A stretch of 60,660 nucleotides of DNA from Thermodesulfobacteriota bacterium (GTDB lineage: Bacteria > Desulfobacterota_D > UBA1144), in assembly GCA_036340075.1 (NCBI GenBank), contig JAYYZJ010000001.1, positions 1-60,660 on the forward strand, in the 5' to 3' direction. The position numbers and the translations under genes were made by a program. Shown here one piece after another: positions 48,858 through 60,153 of the stretch (its first letter is position 1; each line of letters begins with the position of its first letter). The notes beneath the pieces are model-generated. The model did no database searches. It worked only from the letters and a program-made list of their open reading frames with translations, and was not told the origin of the DNA.

Positions 48858-50051
48858 TTATTCGTTAATCTTTGTTATAACTCCAGCTCCTACAGTTCTT
48901 CCACCTTCTCTGATAGAGAACTTTAAGCCGTCTTCCATGGCTACAGGAACTATTAATTCGACATCCATAGTTGTATTATCTCCGGGCATTACCATTTCAA
49001 CACCTTCACCTAATTCGATGGAACCGGTAACATCCGTTGTTCTAAAATAAAACTGTGGTCTATATCCTTTGAAGAATGGAGTATGTCTTCCACCTTCTTC
49101 TTTTTTTAATACATATACTTCTGCACTAAATTTTTTGTGTGGTTTGATTGATCCAGGAGCACATAAAACTTGTCCTCTTTCAACATCATCTTTTTCTATT
49201 CCTCTTAAAAGTACCCCAACGTTATCGCCTGCTTCTGCATAATCAAGAATCTTTCTAAACATTTCCAAGCTTGTTGCAGTAGTTTCAACTGTATCTTTAA
49301 TTCCTACGATTTCTATTTTGTCACCAGAATTAATCTTTCCTTTTTCAACTCTACCTGTTACAACAGTTCCTCTTCCTGAAATAGAAAAAACATCTTCAAT
49401 GGCTAAAGAGAAAGGCTTATCTAGAGCTCTTTCTGGCTGAGGTATCCATTCATCTACTTTTGACATCAATTCTAAAATTGACTCTTCTCCTGTTTTCTTA
49501 TCTCCACCTTCCACAGCTGCTAAAGCTGAACCAGCAATAATTGGTGTATCATCACCTTCGAAACCATATTCATTTAGAAGTTCTCTAATCTCTAATTCTA
49601 CCAATTCTACTAATTCTGTGTCTCCACCTAATTGATCAACTTTATTTAGATAAATTACTATTCTAGGAACACCAACTTGTCTGGCAAGTAAAATATGTTC
49701 TCTAGTTTGAGGCATAGGTCCATCTGTTGCACTTACAACTAAAATAGCTCCGTCCATTTGAGCAGCTCCAGTAATCATATTTTTAACATAGTCAGCGTGA
49801 CCAGGACAGTCAACGTGAGCATAATGTCTTGAATCAGTTTCATATTCTACATGGGCTGTATTAATTGTAATACCTCTTTCTTTTTCCTCAGGTGCATTAT
49901 CTATATCAGCATATGACATAGCTTCTCCACCCCCAGATTTTGATAATGTTAGAGTGATTGCCGCAGTTAATGTAGTTTTTCCATGGTCAACGTGACCAAT
50001 AGTTCCTATATTAACGTGAGGCTTATTTCTCTCATATTTAGCCTTAGACAT
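48858..50051 (-). CDS. tuf: Elongation factor Tu
   Basis: [25 protein letters not shown] and [10 protein letters not shown]. Confidence 0.99.
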   Translation of the reverse strand: MSKAKYERNKPHVNIGTIGHVDHGKTTLTAAITLTLSKSGGGEAMSYADIDNAPEEKERGITINTAHVEYETDSRHYAHVDCPGHADYVKNMITGAAQMDGAILVVSATDGPMPQTREHILLARQVGVPRIVIYLNKVDQLGGDTELVELVELEIRELLNEYGFEGDDTPIIAGSALAAVEGGDKKTGEESILELMSKVDEWIPQPERALDKPFSLAIEDVFSISGRGTVVTGRVEKGKINSGDKIEIVGIKDTVETTATSLEMFRKILDYAEAGDNVGVLLRGIEKDDVERGQVLCAPGSIKPHKKFSAEVYVLKKEEGGRHTPFFKGYRPQFYFRTTDVTGSIELGEGVEMVMPGDNTTMDVELIVPVAMEDGLKFSIREGGRTVGAGVITKINE

Positions 50052-50078
50052 GTGTCTTTTCCTCCTGCAAAAAAGTAA

Positions 50079-52151
50079 TTAAACTTCTTTTAATTTCAAC
50101 TCCTCATAGATGTTTGCTGGAACATCACTATAAGTCGAAAACTCCATTGTAAATGTAGCACGACCTTCTGTCAAGGACCTTACATCAGTAGCATATCCAA
50201 ACATCTCAGATAGGGGAACTTCTGATTGAACACCCTGTAATTCGCCTCTTAATTCAGTGCCTTGCACTTTACCTCTTCTAGAACTTAAATCTCCTATAAC
50301 TGATCCCATGAAATCTTCAGGAACTACTACTTCTACCTTCATTATAGGCTCTAATACAACTGCATTAGCCTTTTTAACTGCATCTTTAAAAGCAAGTGAT
50401 CCTGCTATCTTAAAAGCCATTTCTGAAGAATCAACGTCATGAAAAGATCCATCATACAAGGTAACCTTTACATCAACTACCTCATATCCTGCAACTACTC
50501 CACCTTGCATAGCTTCATGTATGCCTTTTTCAACAGCTGGGATAAATTCCTTAGGTATTGCTCCACCTTTAATTTGATTTACAAATTCAAATCCTCCTCC
50601 GGTATCTAGAGGTTCTATTTTAATTTTTACATGACCATATTGTCCCTTTCCACCAGTTTGTTTAATATATTTTTGTTCTGCTTCGCTAGAATTTCTAATT
50701 GTCTCTCTGTATGCAACTTGAGGTGCTCCAACATTAGCTTCAACACTAAATTCTCTTTTGAGCCTGTCTACAATTATTTCTAAATGTAATTCACCCATGC
50801 CGGATATTATTGTCTGATTAGTTTCATGATCTACTTTTACTTTAAAAGAAGGATCCTCAACGGCCAACTTGTTCAAAGCTACACCTAATTTTTCTTGATC
50901 TGCTTTTGTTTTTGGTTCAATTGCTACGGAAATAACTGGGTCAGGAAAATTTAAACTTTCTAAAACTACAGGATTTGATTTGTCACACAGAGTTTCTCCG
51001 GTATAAGTATCTTTTAACCCAACTGCTGCTGCTATATCTCCAGCTGCAACCGATGAAATTTCTTCTCTTTTGTCAGCATGCATTTTTAAAAGACGACCTA
51101 TTCTTTCCGTTGAACCTTTCCTAGGATTGAATACAGCTGTTCCAGAACTTAATACACCAGAATATACTCTTATATAAGTTATTGTTCCAACAAAAGGATC
51201 TGTCATAATTTTAAAAGCTAATGCAGACAAAGGTTCATTATCGTCAGCCTTTCTTTCTAATATCTCTTCATCATTATCTGGGTTTACTCCTTTTACAGGA
51301 GGTATATCGATAGGTGATGGCAAATATCTAACAACAGCATCTAAAAGTAATTGAACACCTTTGTTCTTAAAAGCTGAACCACACAAAACTGGAACAATTT
51401 GAAGATGAATTGTTTGCTTTCTAATGGCATCAATAAGCCTTTCTTTTTCTATATCTTTTCCATCTAAATAATCTTCCATAATAGATTCGTCATTATCAGA
51501 AATAAGTTCTAGCATTCCATCTCTTGCTTCCTTACTTTCTTCAAGAATTTCTTCTGGTATATCAATAAGTTGAAACTTTGCTCCTAATGAATCTCCATCC
51601 CAAATAGCTAATTTCATTTCAATTAAATCTACAATCCCTTCAAATAAATCATTTTTAAAATATGGGATATGGAGCTTAACAGGGTTTGAATTCAACCTAT
51701 CTTTTATTTGATCATATGTTCTCTGAAAATTAGCTCCCGTTCTATCCATTTTATTTACAAAACACATTCTTGGAACACCGTATCTGTCAGCCTGTCTCCA
51801 TACAGTCTCTGACTGAGGTTCTACACCACCGACGCTATCGAAAACAACACATGCTCCATCCAAAACTTTTAATGATCTCTCAACTTCTATTGTGAAATCA
51901 ACGTGACCGGGTGTGTCTATAATATTTATGTCATGCTCATCCCAAGAACATGCAGTTGTAGCCGAAGTTATAGTTATACCTCTTTCTCTTTCTTGTTCCA
52001 TCCAATCCATAGTTGCAGCACCATCATGAACCTCTCCAATTTTATAATTTTTTCCAGTATAAAAAAGAATTCGTTCAGTCGTAGTAGTTTTGCCCGCATC
52101 TATGTGTGCAACAATCCCTATATTTCTAACTTTATTAAGATCTTTACTCAT
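50079..52151 (-). CDS. fusA: Elongation factor G
   Basis: [27 protein letters not shown] and HDVDSSE. Confidence 0.99.
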   Translation of the reverse strand: MSKDLNKVRNIGIVAHIDAGKTTTTERILFYTGKNYKIGEVHDGAATMDWMEQERERGITITSATTACSWDEHDINIIDTPGHVDFTIEVERSLKVLDGACVVFDSVGGVEPQSETVWRQADRYGVPRMCFVNKMDRTGANFQRTYDQIKDRLNSNPVKLHIPYFKNDLFEGIVDLIEMKLAIWDGDSLGAKFQLIDIPEEILEESKEARDGMLELISDNDESIMEDYLDGKDIEKERLIDAIRKQTIHLQIVPVLCGSAFKNKGVQLLLDAVVRYLPSPIDIPPVKGVNPDNDEEILERKADDNEPLSALAFKIMTDPFVGTITYIRVYSGVLSSGTAVFNPRKGSTERIGRLLKMHADKREEISSVAAGDIAAAVGLKDTYTGETLCDKSNPVVLESLNFPDPVISVAIEPKTKADQEKLGVALNKLAVEDPSFKVKVDHETNQTIISGMGELHLEIIVDRLKREFSVEANVGAPQVAYRETIRNSSEAEQKYIKQTGGKGQYGHVKIKIEPLDTGGGFEFVNQIKGGAIPKEFIPAVEKGIHEAMQGGVVAGYEVVDVKVTLYDGSFHDVDSSEMAFKIAGSLAFKDAVKKANAVVLEPIMKVEVVVPEDFMGSVIGDLSSRRGKVQGTELRGELQGVQSEVPLSEMFGYATDVRSLTEGRATFTMEFSTYSDVPANIYEELKLKEV

Positions 52152-52158
52152 TAGATTT

Positions 52159-52629
52159 CTACCATCGATAATGTGAGAAAGCTCTATTTGCTTCCGCCAT
52201 TTTTAAAGTATCTTCTTTTTTCTTTGCTGCTCCACCTTTGTTTTCTTTGGCATCCATAATTTCTGATGCTAATTTTAAAGACATACTTTTGCCTTCGCGT
52301 TTTTTCGCAGCAGTTATAATCCATCTTATAGCAAGAGATTCTTTTCTAGAAGACCTTACTTCAACTGGAACTTGATAAGTTGCGCCTCCAACTCGTCTTG
52401 AACGCACTTCTACAGAAGGTTGTATATTTTTAAATGCTTCTTGAAAAATTTCGTAAGGGTCTGATTTTGTTCTTTCTTTAATTATTTCAAAAGATTCGTA
52501 AAAGAGATTTTCTGCAATACTTTTCTTTCCATCATACATTAGGGAGTTAATAAATTTGGTTATTGCAGAACTATTATATTTTATATCCGGGTCTGCTTTA
52601 GGTTTTTTTGTGGGTCCTTTTCTTGCCAT
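52159..52629 (-). CDS. rpsG: 30S ribosomal protein S7
   Basis: [18 protein letters not shown] and [12 protein letters not shown]. Confidence 0.98.
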   Translation of the reverse strand: MARKGPTKKPKADPDIKYNSSAITKFINSLMYDGKKSIAENLFYESFEIIKERTKSDPYEIFQEAFKNIQPSVEVRSRRVGGATYQVPVEVRSSRKESLAIRWIITAAKKREGKSMSLKLASEIMDAKENKGGAAKKKEDTLKMAEANRAFSHYRW

Positions 52630-52642
52630 AATTTATTTTTTC

Positions 52643-53020
52643 CTAATTGGATTTTGGTTTTTTGGCACCATATTTGGATCTCGATTGTTTTCTTCCCTCA
52701 ACACCAGTTGTATCAAGTGATCCTCGTACGATATGATATCTAACCCCTGGTAAGTCCTTAACTCTTCCGCCTCTAATTAAAACAACAGAATGTTCTTGAA
52801 GCTGATGACCTTCGCCAGGAATATAACCTGTAACCTCAATTCCATTAGTCAATCGCACTCTTGCTACTTTTCGTAATGCAGAATTAGGTTTTTTTGGTGT
52901 AGTTGTGTAAACCCTTGTGCAAACTCCTCTCTTCTGAGGATTATTCTGTAACGCTCTTGATTTACTCTTTTCTTTCTTTGTAAACCTTGAGTGTCTTATC
53001 AATTGACTTATAGTTGGCAT
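52643..53020 (-). CDS. rpsL: 30S ribosomal protein S12
   Basis: [16 protein letters not shown] and [15 protein letters not shown] 53020 with GAGG SD. Confidence 0.98.
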   Translation of the reverse strand: MPTISQLIRHSRFTKKEKSKSRALQNNPQKRGVCTRVYTTTPKKPNSALRKVARVRLTNGIEVTGYIPGEGHQLQEHSVVLIRGGRVKDLPGVRYHIVRGSLDTTGVEGRKQSRSKYGAKKPKSN

Positions 53021-53045
53021 ATGAACCTCATAATTAATTTCTTTG

Positions 53046-53073
53046 AATATGCCACAGTTTGGTACTATGTCAA
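53046..53073 (-). promoter_or_regulatory. Putative sigma70 promoter of the str/S10 superoperon
   Basis: Minus strand TTGACA, 16-nt spacer ending TGG, then CATATT. The -35 box overlaps the purD TGA stop. Confidence 0.65.
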
Positions 53074-54350
53074 GGAGTTTTAGGATTTCTACTAAGTCCC
53101 TTTTTTCCAATATCATTTCTATAAGCTAAGCTGGTAGTATCAATTTTAGAAATAGCTTTGTAAGCCAAGTTTATTGCTCCTGATAGTGTTTCATGTTCAG
53201 ATGTAACGCCTAATACTCTTCCTCCTACAATTAAATAGTTATCATCTTTCAATTCAGTTCCGGCATGAAATATATATACACCTTCTTCTTGGAATTTCTC
53301 AAGATTAGATATAACACCATTAGTAGATTTCTCCGGATAACCCTTCGAAGCTAAAACCACTGTAACGGAAGAAGTCTCTTTCCATTCTAAATTATATGTA
53401 GAAAGATTCTGGGTTGAAGTCTTATAAAACAAATCAAAAATGTCTGATTTCATTCTATATAATAAAGGTTGTGTTTCTGGATCACCAAAACGACAATTGA
53501 ATTCAACAACACTTGGGATTTTGTTTTTTATCATAAGTCCAATATATAAAATGCCGGTATAATTAATTTTATCTTTCTTGAATCCTTCAAATACAGGATT
53601 AACTATATTGTTCATAATGTTTTGTTTTGTTTCATCATCAATAATTGGTGCTGGTGAATAAGCTCCCATACCTCCTGTATTAGGACCCAGATCTTGATCA
53701 AGAAGTCTTTTATGATCTTGTGATGAATCAAGAGGCAAAATATTAACACCATCTGTGAAAACAAAAAAAGAAGCCTCTTCTCCTTCTAGAAAACTTTCTA
53801 TGACAACTTTTTCACCTGATTTAGAAAATATTTTATCTTTCATTAAAAAAATTAAAAATTCTTCAGCTTCGTTAAAATTGTTACAAACTCTAACACCTTT
53901 TCCTGATGCAAGACCATCGGCTTTTATAACAAGAGGATAATTATTTTTTTCGATAAAATCATATGCTTTATCAAAATCAGTAAATGTTTCAAAAGTTGCT
54001 GTTGGAATCTTGTGTCTCTTCATAAAAAGTTTAGAGAACTCCTTGCTTGATTCTAATTGAGAAGAATATTTATCAGGGCCAAAAATCAAAAGATTATTTT
54101 TTCTAAACAAATCTACAATACCTAATGATAATGGCTTCTCAGGGCCAACAATTGTTAAATCAATTTTTTCTTTCAAAGCAAATTTCAGTAATCGTTCAAG
54201 ATCATCTGATTTTATTTCAACGTTTTTTGCAATCTTAGATATTCCACCATTGCCAGGTGCGCAAAATAAACTTCTAACATTTTTATTTTCTGATATTCCC
54301 CAGCATATTGCATGCTCTCTTCCACCTGATCCTACAACTAAAACTTTCAT
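53070..54350 (-). CDS. purD: Phosphoribosylamine--glycine ligase
   Basis: [35 protein letters not shown] and EFN.RFGDPE. Confidence 0.97.
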   Translation of the reverse strand: MKVLVVGSGGREHAICWGISENKNVRSLFCAPGNGGISKIAKNVEIKSDDLERLLKFALKEKIDLTIVGPEKPLSLGIVDLFRKNNLLIFGPDKYSSQLESSKEFSKLFMKRHKIPTATFETFTDFDKAYDFIEKNNYPLVIKADGLASGKGVRVCNNFNEAEEFLIFLMKDKIFSKSGEKVVIESFLEGEEASFFVFTDGVNILPLDSSQDHKRLLDQDLGPNTGGMGAYSPAPIIDDETKQNIMNNIVNPVFEGFKKDKINYTGILYIGLMIKNKIPSVVEFNCRFGDPETQPLLYRMKSDIFDLFYKTSTQNLSTYNLEWKETSSVTVVLASKGYPEKSTNGVISNLEKFQEEGVYIFHAGTELKDDNYLIVGGRVLGVTSEHETLSGAINLAYKAISKIDTTSLAYRNDIGKKGLSRNPKTP

Positions 54351-54730
54351 TAGGTAAACTTTTTCTTAATTTCACTGAAATATATCAAACTAAATATTCC
54401 ACCAGAAACTAGTAAAGCGATGCTATCAATTAGTATTTCAATACGAGTAAATTTTAGATATTCTGTTGGAAGTAAAAAATAACTACTGATAAATATTATT
54501 GTAATTACCACAAACAATCTTCTACTAATATCTTTATAATTCAATAGAAAATAAAGATTAATAAAGTAAATTACTGCCAATATTAACAATAGGACTTCCC
54601 AAAAATAGTATTGACTATAATCTAAGCTTGGAAGAGAACTGCCTGGATGAACAAGAGCAATGACCATTCCTAAAAACATAAAAACATATTCTGAGTAAAT
54701 TAAAGTTTTAAAATAGTTTTCTATATTCAT
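54350..54730 (-). CDS. Hypothetical membrane protein
   Basis: About four hydrophobic segments; stop overlaps the purD start (TAATG). Confidence 0.6.
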   Translation of the reverse strand: MNIENYFKTLIYSEYVFMFLGMVIALVHPGSSLPSLDYSQYYFWEVLLLILAVIYFINLYFLLNYKDISRRLFVVITIIFISSYFLLPTEYLKFTRIEILIDSIALLVSGGIFSLIYFSEIKKKFT

Positions 54731-54748
54731 AGCAAAAAACCTAAATTA

Positions 54749-56539
54749 TTATACCACTGTTACAACTTTAGCTAAATTTCTTGGTTGATCAATTGGCAAC
54801 TTTTTTAAGTTTGCCAAATAGTAAGATAAATACTGTAATGGAACTGTAAACATAATGGGTAAAAAATATTCTTCTACATTTGGTATTTCAATATATTTAA
54901 TCTTCTTTAAAAATTTCTTTTCTATTTTTTTTAAATTCTCGGCAGTTGAAAGTAGGAGTATTTTATTTGTTCTTGTACTAGTTTCATACATATTGGTTAT
55001 TTCTTTTAAAATTGATTCATTATCATTAGACAATAAGTAAATAACAGGAAAATTAGGTTCCAGTAAAGCTATAGGTCCATGTTTCATCTCTGAAGAAAGT
55101 GCAGCTTCCGCATGTATATATGAAATTTCCTTTATCTTTAAAGCTGCTTCCAATGCAACTGGATAAGTATAGTTTCTTCCTAGGATAAAAATATTATTTG
55201 ATTTGTAAAAACTTTTTGCTATTTCCTTGATGTTCTTTTCCAAATTGAATAATTTAGTAAAATTCTTTTTAAAATTAGAATATTTTATTCTATGATAATT
55301 TTTAGAAAAAATAATAGAAAGAAAATATAAAAACAAAAGCTCAACAGTGAAGGTCTTTGTTGCTGCTACTCCCTTCTCTATTCCTAAATTCAAATTTAAG
55401 TTATATTTCGTATTTTTAACTATTCTAGAGTCCGAATTATTAACTATTGAAATAGAATTTTTAAAAAACTTAGCATTAGACTCTAACAAGTTGCAAGTAT
55501 CTGCGGTTTCTCCTGACTGTGAAATAAATATATATAGAACTTTTGAATTATTTTTGTGGAAATAATTGAAATCAGAGGGAGAATACACATGAGTAGGTAT
55601 TTTTGAAATCTGCTCAAAATAATATTTTCCGAGCATCCCAGCATTAAAAGAAGAGCCACATCCAATTATAACAATCTCTGATGGTTTATTGATTTTAGTT
55701 AAATATTTTTTTATTTTATTGAAAGCATTAAAAGTTTTTGGAATTAATAATCGCTGAGAACGTATCTCATTATAAGTTATAGATTTATTTTCTTCCTTAT
55801 TCATTACTTCATTATTTGAAGATTCTTTATAACTAGCCATTTTAATATTCTTGATTTTCATATTTTTATCAAAGCATTTAAAATTATTATCTTTAATCTC
55901 AATGATTTCTTCATTATTAAAGTAATAGTATTTATCAAGATTGTTTTTCATTGCATTAGTGTCAGAAGAAAATAGATATTGATCATTTTTTCTTATTCCA
56001 AAATAAAGTGGTGTTTTGTTTTTATAAGCAATTAACAAGTCTGGAATATCCTTGTGAACACAGAGGAAAGCATTTGAGCCTTTAATTATTTTTCCCACTT
56101 TAAATACTGCTTTAGCCAAAGAACCTTCTTTCTTCAGGTAATAAGAAATAAGATGTGCTAGAATTTCTGTATCTGTTTCTGATTTAAACTTATTTCGTTT
56201 CAATATATTGCTAGATTTAAGCTCATCATAATTCTCAACTATGCCATTATGAACCAAAACAATATCTTTATAATTATGAGGATGGCAATTTTTTATTGAT
56301 GGTTTACCATGGGTAGCCCATCTAGTATGTCCTATTATCAAAGAAGTATTTATATTTTTTTTTAATTTTATCTCTAAATCTTTTATTTTTGATACTGTTT
56401 TTACAATATTTAGATTATCTTTCTGAAAATAGGCAACACCAGCTGAATCATAACCTCTATATTCTAGTTCTCGTAAAGATTGAAGAAAATACGAAGGCTT
56501 AATAATTTCTTTTGAATAGATACTAAAGATTCCGCACAT
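54749..56539 (-). CDS. glmS: Glutamine--fructose-6-phosphate aminotransferase
   Basis: MCGI, LEYRGYDSAG, GHTRWATHG, SQSGETADT, E.KHGPIAL and PRNLAK.VTV. Confidence 0.96.
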   Translation of the reverse strand: MCGIFSIYSKEIIKPSYFLQSLRELEYRGYDSAGVAYFQKDNLNIVKTVSKIKDLEIKLKKNINTSLIIGHTRWATHGKPSIKNCHPHNYKDIVLVHNGIVENYDELKSSNILKRNKFKSETDTEILAHLISYYLKKEGSLAKAVFKVGKIIKGSNAFLCVHKDIPDLLIAYKNKTPLYFGIRKNDQYLFSSDTNAMKNNLDKYYYFNNEEIIEIKDNNFKCFDKNMKIKNIKMASYKESSNNEVMNKEENKSITYNEIRSQRLLIPKTFNAFNKIKKYLTKINKPSEIVIIGCGSSFNAGMLGKYYFEQISKIPTHVYSPSDFNYFHKNNSKVLYIFISQSGETADTCNLLESNAKFFKNSISIVNNSDSRIVKNTKYNLNLNLGIEKGVAATKTFTVELLFLYFLSIIFSKNYHRIKYSNFKKNFTKLFNLEKNIKEIAKSFYKSNNIFILGRNYTYPVALEAALKIKEISYIHAEAALSSEMKHGPIALLEPNFPVIYLLSNDNESILKEITNMYETSTRTNKILLLSTAENLKKIEKKFLKKIKYIEIPNVEEYFLPIMFTVPLQYLSYYLANLKKLPIDQPRNLAKVVTVV

Positions 56540-56540
56540 G

Positions 56541-57923
56541 CTATTTTTTCTTCTTTCTTTTCCAATTTGAAATATGTTTTTCTTTAACCCTAGAGACGCC
56601 TAAAGTATTAGGTGGTAAGTCAGAACTGATGACCGATCCGGCACCTGTAGTTGAATTCTTACCTAACTTTACAGGAGCAATTAACATACTATCACTTCCA
56701 ACAAAAACATTATCTTCAATTATAGTTTCATATTTAGCGAAACCATCATAATTGCAGGTTATTGTACCTGCACCGATATTTACATTGTTTCCGATTGTTG
56801 CATCACCAACATAAGAAAGATGGGGAACTTTTGATTTATCTTTAATATTGCTCTTTTTAAGTTCAACAAAATTTCCTACTTTGACATTATTTTTAATATT
56901 GTTTCCGGGTCTTAAATTTGAAAAAGGTCCTATCTCAGCTTTTGAACCTATCTTGGATTCTTGAATTGAAGTAAAAGGTTTAATAATACTCTGTTTACCT
57001 ATTGATGAATTATTAATGTAGGCATTTCCTTCAATAACTACGTTCTCTTTAATTTCTGTACTACCTCTAAGAATTACATTAGGACCAATATAAACATTTT
57101 TACCAATTTTTACTTCAAAATCTTTTTGAAAAGAATTAGGATCTTTTAAAAAAATATTATTTTTTATACATTCTTCATAAACGAACATCTTGTCGATATC
57201 ATGAGCATTTTTATAATCATAAAAAGTATTAATATTAATAAACTTTCTTTCATCTTGAATCGGAATAGAATTAACCTTTAAAGAATTTCTTGCAAATATA
57301 TTTACTATATCTGTTAGATAATATTCTAAATTTTTATTTTTTTTGATTTTCTTAATATGGTTTGTTAATTGTGTTGAATCCACTAAATAAAGTCCTGCAT
57401 TAACCTCGTTTATAAGTTTTTGTTCATTTGTACAGTCTCTTTCTTCAACAATATCAAGTATCTGATTGTCATTATCTCTTAGAATCCTTCCATATCCTTT
57501 AGGATTTTTAGGAAATGAAGTTGCAATAGTTAAAGAGGATTTATTTCGATAAAAAAACGATAGAGACTTCTTAATAGTTTGAATGTCAACAAAAGGAGTA
57601 TCACCGTTCAGAATAAGTACTGTTGATTTTTTATCTAATGAACCAATCGCGGCTTTAACAGCATGGCCAGTTCCTAGCTGATTTTTTTGTAAAACAAATT
57701 TTACATTTTTGTATTCAAGAGAATTTACCAGATTAGTTACCAAAGAACTTTTAAATCCTGTTACAATGATTATTTTTTTTGGGTTTAATTTGTTTAAATT
57801 ATATAAAGACCTTTCTATTAAAGTTTTTCCATTAATAGGAAGAATAACCTTAGGTAGGTTGAATTTTAATCTTGAGCTCTTTCCTGCGCAAAGGAGAACA
57901 ATATTAAGATTTTTAATATCCAT
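56541..57923 (-). CDS. glmU: Bifunctional UDP-GlcNAc pyrophosphorylase / acetyltransferase
   Basis: Q..QLGTGHA, GYGRI, EYYLTD, GNFVE.K, HLSY.GDA and GAGTITCNYDG. Confidence 0.96.
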   Translation of the reverse strand: MDIKNLNIVLLCAGKSSRLKFNLPKVILPINGKTLIERSLYNLNKLNPKKIIIVTGFKSSLVTNLVNSLEYKNVKFVLQKNQLGTGHAVKAAIGSLDKKSTVLILNGDTPFVDIQTIKKSLSFFYRNKSSLTIATSFPKNPKGYGRILRDNDNQILDIVEERDCTNEQKLINEVNAGLYLVDSTQLTNHIKKIKKNKNLEYYLTDIVNIFARNSLKVNSIPIQDERKFININTFYDYKNAHDIDKMFVYEECIKNNIFLKDPNSFQKDFEVKIGKNVYIGPNVILRGSTEIKENVVIEGNAYINNSSIGKQSIIKPFTSIQESKIGSKAEIGPFSNLRPGNNIKNNVKVGNFVELKKSNIKDKSKVPHLSYVGDATIGNNVNIGAGTITCNYDGFAKYETIIEDNVFVGSDSMLIAPVKLGKNSTTGAGSVISSDLPPNTLGVSRVKEKHISNWKRKKKK

Positions 57924-57927
57924 TTAT

Positions 57928-58356
57928 TTAAAAAGGAACATCGTCATCTTTTGATGAATTATCAATCTCAAAATTATCTAGAAAGCTTTCATCATTATTT
58001 CCCTGACTTGCTCCTCCGGACTTAGAGTCTATAAATTCAAAATTATTAACTATAACTTCTGTAATATATTTTTTTTGGCCAGAACTTTCATCGTCCCACG
58101 AACGAGTTTCCAATCTGCCTTCCAAATAAATTTGACTACCCTTTTTAAAATATTTCGCTAGGTTTTCAGCAGTTCTACCAAAAGCAACACAGCGGTGCCA
58201 GGAAGTTCTATCTTCCCAGTCTCCTGATTGATTTTTAAATCTAGAATTTGTAGCAACCCTAAGAGTAGCGGTGGGAACTTGCTGAGCAGCAGTAACTCCA
58301 GTTTCAGGGTCAGCACCTAGTCTTCCTAGTAAAATAACCTTGTTTACATTACCCAT
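57928..58356 (-). CDS. ssb: Single-stranded DNA-binding protein
   Basis: NKVIL.GRLG.DPE, WHR, EGRL.TRSW and C-terminal DDDVPF. Confidence 0.97.
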   Translation of the reverse strand: MGNVNKVILLGRLGADPETGVTAAQQVPTATLRVATNSRFKNQSGDWEDRTSWHRCVAFGRTAENLAKYFKKGSQIYLEGRLETRSWDDESSGQKKYITEVIVNNFEFIDSKSGGASQGNNDESFLDNFEIDNSSKDDDVPF

Positions 58357-58396
58357 TTTTTTATTCTATCACTTAAATTATCAAAGTAAAACCTAG

Positions 58397-59014
58397 CTAG
58401 AAATTGTTTATTTTTTTTAATTCATTTATAAACATGTAAAGAATTTTGCCGGTCATTCCCCATATGTTATAGCCCTTATAATTAAAAACATAATCTTGAT
58501 ATTCTTGATTATATTTTTCGGTTGTTCTTTTGCTGTTTATAGACAATTCTAGCAATATCTTTAAATCAATCCAAACGGTGTCAACGACTTCTTCTTGATT
58601 GAGATTAATTTTAACTGTTGGATTTTTTAAAAAGAAAATATATGGTGAAACAATTAAATGATTTGATTTTGGATTTACAGGTCTATAATCACTAAATTGT
58701 CCAAGAAATAATCCATCTTTCTTTAAATCTATACCTATTTCTTCATATGTCTCTCTAATAGAAGTATCAAGTCCAGTTTTGTCAATTTTTTCATTAATTC
58801 CACCCGGAAATGCCATGTGACCAGAAAAGTTATCATATTCTCTTTCTGATCTTTTAATAAACAATATCTCGTAAATTTCTTCGTGATTCCTAATTATTAT
58901 TGCTACAGAAGATAAAATTGAATTTTTATCTCTAGCAATATCATTTTTGAAATAAATTTCTTGAAAAAAAACTCTTAGTTTTTCAATAAAAGCAGAATCT
59001 GAGGAAAGATTCAT
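58397..59014 (-). CDS. Nudix hydrolase, CoA pyrophosphatase type
   Basis: SGHMAFPGG....D.....T..RET.EEIG, EV...W and IWGMT. Confidence 0.88.
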   Translation of the reverse strand: MNLSSDSAFIEKLRVFFQEIYFKNDIARDKNSILSSVAIIIRNHEEIYEILFIKRSEREYDNFSGHMAFPGGINEKIDKTGLDTSIRETYEEIGIDLKKDGLFLGQFSDYRPVNPKSNHLIVSPYIFFLKNPTVKINLNQEEVVDTVWIDLKILLELSINSKRTTEKYNQEYQDYVFNYKGYNIWGMTGKILYMFINELKKINNF

Positions 59015-59026
59015 GATAACAACACA

Positions 59027-59221
59027 TTAATCTTTTTTTTGGGTAGAAGAAATTTTTTCTTCGGCAATCTCTCTAAGAGCTAAAACTACAGGCTTATTAT
59101 CTTCATCGGATAAAGATTTTTCCCCTTCATATATTTTCTTAGCTCGCTTCATAGCTGCAACAGATAATTCAAATCTGTTATTTATTCTTTCTAAGCAATC
59201 TTCAATTGTAACTCTGGCCAT
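59027..59221 (-). CDS. rpoZ: RNA polymerase omega subunit
   Basis: MARVTIEDCL..I.NRF.L and KP.V.ALREIA. ATG 59221 with AAGGA SD. Confidence 0.95.
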   Translation of the reverse strand: MARVTIEDCLERINNRFELSVAAMKRAKKIYEGEKSLSDEDNKPVVLALREIAEEKISSTQKKD

Positions 59222-59267
59222 AAAAAAGTCCTTATAAATATTTAATTGTATTGTATAGTGAATATTA

Positions 59268-59930
59268 ATGAAATCAATAATAAGTGAAATTAAATTTGAT
59301 AAAAATGGTCTTGTGCCCATACTTGTTCAAAATGAAGCCGATGGTGAAATTCTAATGTTTGCCTTTGCCAACTTAGAAGCTGTAAAGAAATCAGTAGAAA
59401 CCGGATATGCTCATTTTTGGAGTAGAAAGAGGAAAGATCTATGGAAAAAAGGTGAATCTTCAGGGAATGTAATGCTAATAAAAAATATACTTATTGATTG
59501 TGATGAAGACTCCCTAATCTACTTAGTAAATCCAAATGGTCCTGCTTGTCATACCGGAGAAAGAACTTGCTTCTATAGAGATATTAATAATCAACCTGAA
59601 TATTCTTCAAATATAAAAAGCAATATAGCAAATAAAGTCTTTGAAGTGCTTAAATCAAGAAAAAAAGATTTGTATAACGAATCCTCATATACCTCATCAT
59701 TGTTTAGAGAAGGACTAAAAAAGATACTAGAAAAAGTAGATGAAGAATCAAAAGAGTTTATAGAAGCTTCTGAAGAAGGAGATAAAGAAAAGATTATCTA
59801 TGAATGCACTGATCTCTTGTTCCATATGATGGTAGCAATTGCTGAACAAGATATTGAACCTGCTGATATATACAAAGAGCTAAACAAAAGATTTGGAAAG
59901 AAAAAGAAAGATTACACCTTGGATGAATGA
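59268..59930 (+). CDS. hisIE: Bifunctional PR-AMP cyclohydrolase / PR-ATP pyrophosphatase
   Basis: WSR.R..LW.KGE.SG, DCD.D, ACHTG..TCF, SYT..LF and KV.EE..E. Confidence 0.95.
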   Translation: MKSIISEIKFDKNGLVPILVQNEADGEILMFAFANLEAVKKSVETGYAHFWSRKRKDLWKKGESSGNVMLIKNILIDCDEDSLIYLVNPNGPACHTGERTCFYRDINNQPEYSSNIKSNIANKVFEVLKSRKKDLYNESSYTSSLFREGLKKILEKVDEESKEFIEASEEGDKEKIIYECTDLLFHMMVAIAEQDIEPADIYKELNKRFGKKKKDYTLDE

Positions 59931-60150
59931 AAATAATCGAAAAATAATCTGGGAGATAATAACTTCAGCTGGTGATAGGTTAAAAGATAAACTACCTGAA
60001 TCAGGCCTACACCCTAAAGGAAGAAATCCTTACGCTCATATACTCACTTTAATAAAAAACAAATGGGGTTGTTCTTATAAAGATATAAACGATACAGAAA
60101 TAGAAACTCTAAAAAGATTTATTGAATATATAGAAAAGAACCCAAGATAA
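59923..60150 (+). CDS. Small conserved-looking hypothetical protein
   Basis: ATG 59923 overlaps the hisIE end; non-random motif AGD.L...LP....HPKGRNPYAH and SYKDI.D. Confidence 0.65.
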   Translation: MNENNRKIIWEIITSAGDRLKDKLPESGLHPKGRNPYAHILTLIKNKWGCSYKDINDTEIETLKRFIEYIEKNPR

Positions 60151-60153
60151 TAA

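Noticed and set aside
56539..56541. glmS ribozyme
   Set aside because: glmU and glmS are separated by 1 bp.
1246..57954. Many 60-120 aa antisense or alternate-frame ORFs (for example 1246-1518, 4215-4541, 8622-8900, 10536-10871, 31210-31575, 48206-48463)
   Set aside because: They lie within well-supported genes, lack recognisable motifs and have the composition expected of shadow ORFs.
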